64,000 nucleotides of DNA from Candidatus Eiseniibacteriota bacterium (GTDB taxonomy: Bacteria > Eisenbacteria > RBG-16-71-46 > JABDJR01). The translations under genes and the position numbers were made by a program. The notes beneath the pieces were generated by a model. The model saw nothing but the letters and a program-made list of their open reading frames with translations. It was not told where the DNA came from and searched no databases. Shown here piece after piece: positions 57,524 to 64,000 of the stretch (position 1 is the stretch's first letter; each line of letters begins with the position of its first letter). The stretch covers positions 480,001-544,000 of the forward strand of contig CAVXKA010000002.1 in assembly GCA_963762255.1 (NCBI GenBank), given 5' to 3'.

Positions 57524-57540
57524 GCAACGGGTGTGCCAAA
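57524..57540 (-). promoter_or_regulatory. sigma54 -24/-12 site
   Basis: TTTGGCAC-ACCCG-TTGC, exact TGGCAC-N5-TTGC consensus. Confidence 0.7.
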
Positions 57541-57590
57541 GGGATTGGCATGCAAGGAGGGGACGTGCCAAACGGTGACAGGGACCGCGA

Positions 57591-58610
57591 TCAGCCCCGC
57601 TCGTTTCCGCGGGCCGGGTCCACCCGCAGGCAATCGTGCAGATGGATGATGCCGACCGGCTGGTGCGCTTCGACGACGACGAGGCTCGTCACCGCGCCGG
57701 GCCGGCGCTCTTCCATGAGGCGCACCGCAGCAGCGACCGGCGCTTGCGGAGCGATCGTGCGCGGTGCGCTCGACATGAACTTCGCCACCGGCTCCTTCAG
57801 CGCGCCGTCGCCGTGCGGCCCAAGGAGGATCCTCTTGAGGTCGCCGTCGGTGAGGATGCCGAGGAGCTTCCCCTCGCGGTCCACCACGGTCGTGACCCCG
57901 AGTCCCTTGTCCACGATCTCGACCAGCGCGTCGCGAAGCGTCGCCGTCTCCCCGATCCGCGGCAGCCTGTCCCCGCCGTGCATGAGTTCGCAGACTCGGC
58001 GCCCCACCTGCCGACCGATCAGTCCACCCGGATGGACGAAGGCAAAATCCTCCGGCGTCAGTCCCCGCCGCCGAAAGAGAGCCACGGCCAGCGCATCGCC
58101 CACCGCCATCGCCGCGGTGGTGCTGCTCGTCGGCACGAGGTCGAGCGAACAGGCCTCCTCGATCTTCCCGAGTTCGATCACGACGGCGGCGCTCTCGGCG
58201 AGAGGCGCGCTGGCGCTCTCAACGATGGCGATCACCGGCGCGCCCCGCCGCTGCACGTAGGGGAGTAGATGCAGCAGTTCCACGCTCCGCCCGCTCTTGG
58301 AGATCGCAAGCAGCACGTCCTGGCCGCTGACGATCCCGAGATCGCCGTGCATCGCATCGGTGGGATGCAGAAAGAACGCGGGGGTGCCCGTGCTGGTAAA
58401 GGTGGCCGCGATCTTGGCGCCGACGAGCCCGCTCTTGCCCACCCCGCACACGATGATCCGTCCGGAAGCGGCCTCGAGGAGTTCCACCGCGCGGGCGAAG
58501 CTTGAACCCAACCGCGCCGCCACGGTGCGTAGCGTATCGGCCTCGCGGGTGAGCACGTCGCGCGCGATGGCCAGCGGATCGAGGGACCCGGGGTGCGGCT
58601 CGCCTGTCAT
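57591..58610 (-). CDS. kdsD: Arabinose-5-phosphate isomerase (SIS + CBS)
   Basis: GVGKSG..G.KIAATFTSTGTP, HGDLG, EACSLDLVPTSSTT, HPGG, CBS pair. Confidence 0.93.
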   Translation of the reverse strand: MTGEPHPGSLDPLAIARDVLTREADTLRTVAARLGSSFARAVELLEAASGRIIVCGVGKSGLVGAKIAATFTSTGTPAFFLHPTDAMHGDLGIVSGQDVLLAISKSGRSVELLHLLPYVQRRGAPVIAIVESASAPLAESAAVVIELGKIEEACSLDLVPTSSTTAAMAVGDALAVALFRRRGLTPEDFAFVHPGGLIGRQVGRRVCELMHGGDRLPRIGETATLRDALVEIVDKGLGVTTVVDREGKLLGILTDGDLKRILLGPHGDGALKEPVAKFMSSAPRTIAPQAPVAAAVRLMEERRPGAVTSLVVVEAHQPVGIIHLHDCLRVDPARGNERG

Positions 58611-59176
58611 GGTTTCTTCGGCTGCTTGGCCGCGCCGCTGTGTTCCGACTTCCCCATCGAGAAACCGTCGTCCTGGTTCATGAACCTCCGCAGCGATTCC
58701 TCTTTCAGCCCGGCCTGCGCGAGGAGCCATTCCACCGTCTCGCGCACCGCTCCGGAGCCGCCGGGACGGGTCGTGATGAACTTGGCCGTCGTCTTCACCT
58801 CGTCCACTGCGTCCGCCACCGCCACGGGCCAACCCACCCGGCGCATGACCGCGAGATCCTGCAGGTCATCGCCCACGAACGCCGCGTTCTCCCAGGGAAT
58901 GCCCATGCCTTCGAGCCATTCCTCCAGGAAGAGATCCTTCCGACCGATGCCGATCGCCCACTCCGCCCCCAACTCCTGTGCGCGGTTCTTGACCGGGATC
59001 GACGCGCGGGCGGTGAGGAAGAGCACGCGCCAGCCGCAGAGCAGCGCCAGCCGGATGCCCACGCCGTCGCGCGCGTGAAACCGTTTCGATTCGCGTCCGC
59101 CGCTGTCCAGGATGATGCCGCCGTCGGTCAACACGCCGTCCACATCGAGGACGAGGGCTTCGATCTGCGCCGCCAT
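58607..59176 (-). CDS. kdsC: KDO-8-phosphate phosphatase (HAD)
   Basis: LDVDGVLTDG, F..RDG.GI, GDDLQDL, GGSGAVRE. Confidence 0.92.
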   Translation of the reverse strand: MAAQIEALVLDVDGVLTDGGIILDSGGRESKRFHARDGVGIRLALLCGWRVLFLTARASIPVKNRAQELGAEWAIGIGRKDLFLEEWLEGMGIPWENAAFVGDDLQDLAVMRRVGWPVAVADAVDEVKTTAKFITTRPGGSGAVRETVEWLLAQAGLKEESLRRFMNQDDGFSMGKSEHSGAAKQPKKP

Positions 59177-60019
59177 CTAGACTCCTTCCGGATGCACCGC
59201 GTCCCAGACCCGAACCAGCTCCCGAAGAAACGCGGGGATCTCCGCGAGCGGAAGCTGCGTCGTGCGGTCGCTCAGGGCGCGCGCCGGGTCGGGATGCGTT
59301 TCGAAGAAGACCACATGCGCGCCCGCCGCCACCGCCGCGCGGGCCAGCGGCGATGCGTACTGCCGCTCACCGCCTGTTTCCTCTCCCCCGCCGGGAAGCT
59401 GCAGGCTGTGCGTTGCATCATAGACCACCGGACAGCCCGTCTCGGCGAGGATCGGGATGCTCCGCATATCCACCACGAGGTTGTGATAGCCGAAGGAGGC
59501 GCCGCGTTCCGTGACGAGCACCTGCTCGCTCCCCGCGCCGCGCACCTTCTCCACCGCCCGGGCCATGTCGCCCGGAGCGAGGAACTGGCCCTTCTTGATG
59601 TTCACCGGCTTGCCGGCCGCCCCGGCCGCGACCAGCAACGACGTCTGCCGACACAGGAACGCGGGGATCTGAAGCACGTCCACCGCTGCGGCCGCCGCCG
59701 GCACTTCATCTGGAGTGTGCACATCGGTGAGGAGCGACACGCCGAGCTTCTCCCGCACCGCCGCGAGCGCGGCCAATCCCTCGCGCATACCGGGACCGCG
59801 GTAGGAGCGCATGGACGTGCGGTTGGCCTTGTCGTACGAGCACTTGAACACGAAAGGGAGCCGGAGTTCGCCGGTGAGGCGTTTCAGTTCGGTGGCAACT
59901 TCGAGGAGCATCCCCGCGTCTTCCACCACGCAGGGACCGGCGATCACGCCCAGCCGGGAACCGTCAAAGCGGGCTGACCCCGCGGAGACGGGGATGCGGG
60001 GACGTTCGAGGTCGCTCAT
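59177..60019 (-). CDS. kdsA: KDO-8-phosphate synthase
   Basis: AGPCVVE, DKANRTS, QIPAFLCRQT, KKGQF, ERG.SFGY.NLVVD, DATHSLQ.PGG. Confidence 0.95.
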   Translation of the reverse strand: MSDLERPRIPVSAGSARFDGSRLGVIAGPCVVEDAGMLLEVATELKRLTGELRLPFVFKCSYDKANRTSMRSYRGPGMREGLAALAAVREKLGVSLLTDVHTPDEVPAAAAAVDVLQIPAFLCRQTSLLVAAGAAGKPVNIKKGQFLAPGDMARAVEKVRGAGSEQVLVTERGASFGYHNLVVDMRSIPILAETGCPVVYDATHSLQLPGGGEETGGERQYASPLARAAVAAGAHVVFFETHPDPARALSDRTTQLPLAEIPAFLRELVRVWDAVHPEGV

Positions 60020-60050
60020 CCTAGGCGTCTCTCCCGCGGATCCACCGCGT

Positions 60051-62443
<2,393 letters not shown>

Positions 62444-62560
62444 GGGTCTTGCCTCTCTTCAGGGGGCCGGGCGTCCGCGCGGGGATGCGCGCCGGGACCG
62501 GCGAGTCGGTGGGCACCGCGGCGCCGAGCACGGGCGGCTGCCGGAGCGGTGGCCCGACCT

Positions 62561-62589
62561 ACTCTAACGAAAGCGCCCCCAGCCCGGAA
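62561..62589 (-). promoter_or_regulatory. Putative sigma70 promoter of the kdsB operon
   Basis: TTCCGG-17 nt-TAGAGT; weak -35. Confidence 0.35.
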
Positions 62590-62619
62590 CCCTGATTTTT
62601 CAGGGGGTTGCGTCGGCGC

Positions 62620-62648
62620 TTGCCCCCCGAGAGCGCGCGTGTTAGTAT
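62620..62648 (+). promoter_or_regulatory. sigma70 promoter of the sahR-like-ahcY operon
   Basis: TTGCCC-17 nt-TAGTAT with extended -10 TG. Confidence 0.6.
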
Positions 62649-62668
62649 ATCGCTCGATGCGGATATAC
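62645..62668. promoter_or_regulatory. Palindromic operator GTATATC-N10-GATATAC (SahR-type)
   Basis: Perfect 7-bp inverted repeat overlapping -10/+1 of the regulator's own promoter. Confidence 0.7.
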
Positions 62669-62670
62669 CG

Positions 62671-63648
62671 ATGAAACAGACCCCAGCCGTTGCCCGTCTC
62701 AAGGCCCTCGCCGATCCGGTGAGGCTTCGCGCTCTCGCTCTTCTGGGCGAGGAGGAACTCTCCGTCGGCGAGCTCACGGAAATCCTGGGGATGACCCAGA
62801 GCCGGGTGTCCGGACACCTGGCCGTCTTGCGCGAGGCCGATCTCGTGCGCGACCGGCGCCAGGGGACATCCGCGTTCTATTCGCTTGCGACCGACGGCGA
62901 GGCGATCGAGACGTGGCGCGCGTTGCAGGGAACGCTCGACGGGGCCCAACCGGAGCCCGCGGATCGCATCCGCCTCGCCGACACGCTGCGCCGGCGCCGG
63001 GAGAGGAGCCGGGAGTTCTTCGACCGCGCGGCGGAGGCCTGGCACGAGGGGCGCAGCGAATCGCTCGGCCTGGGCGCAGGCGCGTTCGCGATGGCGGGGC
63101 TTTTGCCCGAGTCGCTATCCGTGCTCGACCTGGGCACCGGGACCGGGGGGCTGCTCCCGCTCCTGGATCGGTACGTCGGAGGGGTGATCGCCGTGGACGG
63201 GAGTCGGGCCATGCTCGGGCGCGCTCGCGAGCGGCTCGGCCAGGACCGCGCCGGACGCGTGCGTTTTCTCCGGGCGGACGTGGAGCGGTTGCCGCTTCCC
63301 GACGCGTCGGTGGACGGGGTCGTGGCCAACATGATCCTCCACCACCTCGCGCGACCGCAGGCGGTGCTGCGCGAGGCGGCGCGCGTGCTGCGCCCCGAGG
63401 GGCGCGGCGTCATCGTGGATTTCGAAGCGCACGAGGAGGCTTGGCTCCTCGACGAAGAAGGACATCGCTGGGCGGGGTTCGAGCCCGCGCAGATTGCGGG
63501 GTGGTGCGTGGACGCGGGGCTGTCGGTACCCGCGTTCGAACGAGTCCCCACCCCGGACGGCGGCCGTTGGAGCCGCATCGAAGTTTTCGTGGCCCGCTTC
63601 GGACGGCCCGCCCACGCGGGGCGCGCCCGGCGAAGCGGCAGGCGGTAG
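62671..63648 (+). CDS. ArsR-family HTH + SAM-dependent methyltransferase-fold regulator (SahR-like)
   Basis: [10 protein letters not shown]...[11 protein letters not shown]...[10 protein letters not shown]; SREFFD..A..W; VLDLGTGTG; NMILHH; directly upstream of ahcY. Confidence 0.85.
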   Translation: MKQTPAVARLKALADPVRLRALALLGEEELSVGELTEILGMTQSRVSGHLAVLREADLVRDRRQGTSAFYSLATDGEAIETWRALQGTLDGAQPEPADRIRLADTLRRRRERSREFFDRAAEAWHEGRSESLGLGAGAFAMAGLLPESLSVLDLGTGTGGLLPLLDRYVGGVIAVDGSRAMLGRARERLGQDRAGRVRFLRADVERLPLPDASVDGVVANMILHHLARPQAVLREAARVLRPEGRGVIVDFEAHEEAWLLDEEGHRWAGFEPAQIAGWCVDAGLSVPAFERVPTPDGGRWSRIEVFVARFGRPAHAGRARRSGRR

Positions 63649-63698
63649 CGGCGGCGCGAGAGCGCTCGGCGCGTCACACCCAGGGAGAGACGATCAGC

Positions 63699-64000
63699 AT
63701 GGTCAAGACGAACAAGACCGCTCAGCCGGACGGATTCACTGCCGGCGACAACTTCAAGGTTCGAGACATCGCATTGGCCCCTCAGGGGCGGAAGAAGATC
63801 GAATGGGCGGAGAGCCGCATGCCGGTGCTCATGGCGCTTCGCGAGAAGTACGCGAAGACGAAGCCCATGAAGGGCATGCGCGTGGCGGGCTGCCTCCACG
63901 TGACCAAGGAGACGGCGGTGCTGGTGGAGACGCTTCGCGCGGCCGGCGCTGAGATCTCGTGGTCGGGCTGCAATCCCCTCTCCACCCAGGACGACGTGGC
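63699..64000 (+). CDS. ahcY: Adenosylhomocysteinase (3' partial)
   Basis: Not in the ORF track because it runs off the window. [23 protein letters not shown]...[19 protein letters not shown].....[10 protein letters not shown]; SD GGGAG. Confidence 0.95.
   Translation, partial: MVKTNKTAQPDGFTAGDNFKVRDIALAPQGRKKIEWAESRMPVLMALREKYAKTKPMKGMRVAGCLHVTKETAVLVETLRAAGAEISWSGCNPLSTQDDV

Noticed and set aside
57552-57572. Second TGGCAC...TTGC as an independent sigma54 promoter
   Set aside because: Spacing is N9 rather than the strict N5.

Overview
High-GC bacterial core-genome window from a diderm, LPS-producing organism. The FlgD-Ig/T9SS-like C-terminal domains, PorV-like and GWxTD genes and the gene order suggest an FCB-associated candidate lineage such as Ca. 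Eisenbacteria (inference, not verified). + strand, 1-8.6 kb: partial FG-GAP/FN3/FlgD-Ig secreted protein, MsbA-like exporter, a DUF6165-glycosyltransferase fusion and three GT4 enzymes, one frameshifted. - strand: tolA-like-tolB-pal-cpoB. + strand islet at 12.5-14.3 kb: DUF1207-like OM protein, a basic coiled-coil/winged-helix protein and a candidate ~115-nt rod-shaped ncRNA. A long - strand run, listed in transcription order: kdsB-pyrG-kdsA-kdsC-kdsD; an LpxL-LptC fusion with lptB-rpoN-hpf-hprK; a mannose-class PTS split by a GH57 glucanotransferase; HPr, EI, PGI/PMI, nucleotidyltransferase; metK-ftsK-rimO-hyp-bamD-nadD-polA-coaE-prfB (programmed frameshift)-pmm-mpg; an uncharacterised OM module (EB_dh-like lipoprotein, beta-barrel, TonB-dependent receptor, CTD cargo, PorV-like, GWxTD); gap-pgk-tpiA-secG-tRNA-Leu(GAG). 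The window ends with a SahR-like regulator, its palindromic operator and partial ahcY. No CRISPR, rRNA, integrase or transposase was seen. All family calls come from motif recognition by eye; no searches were run.
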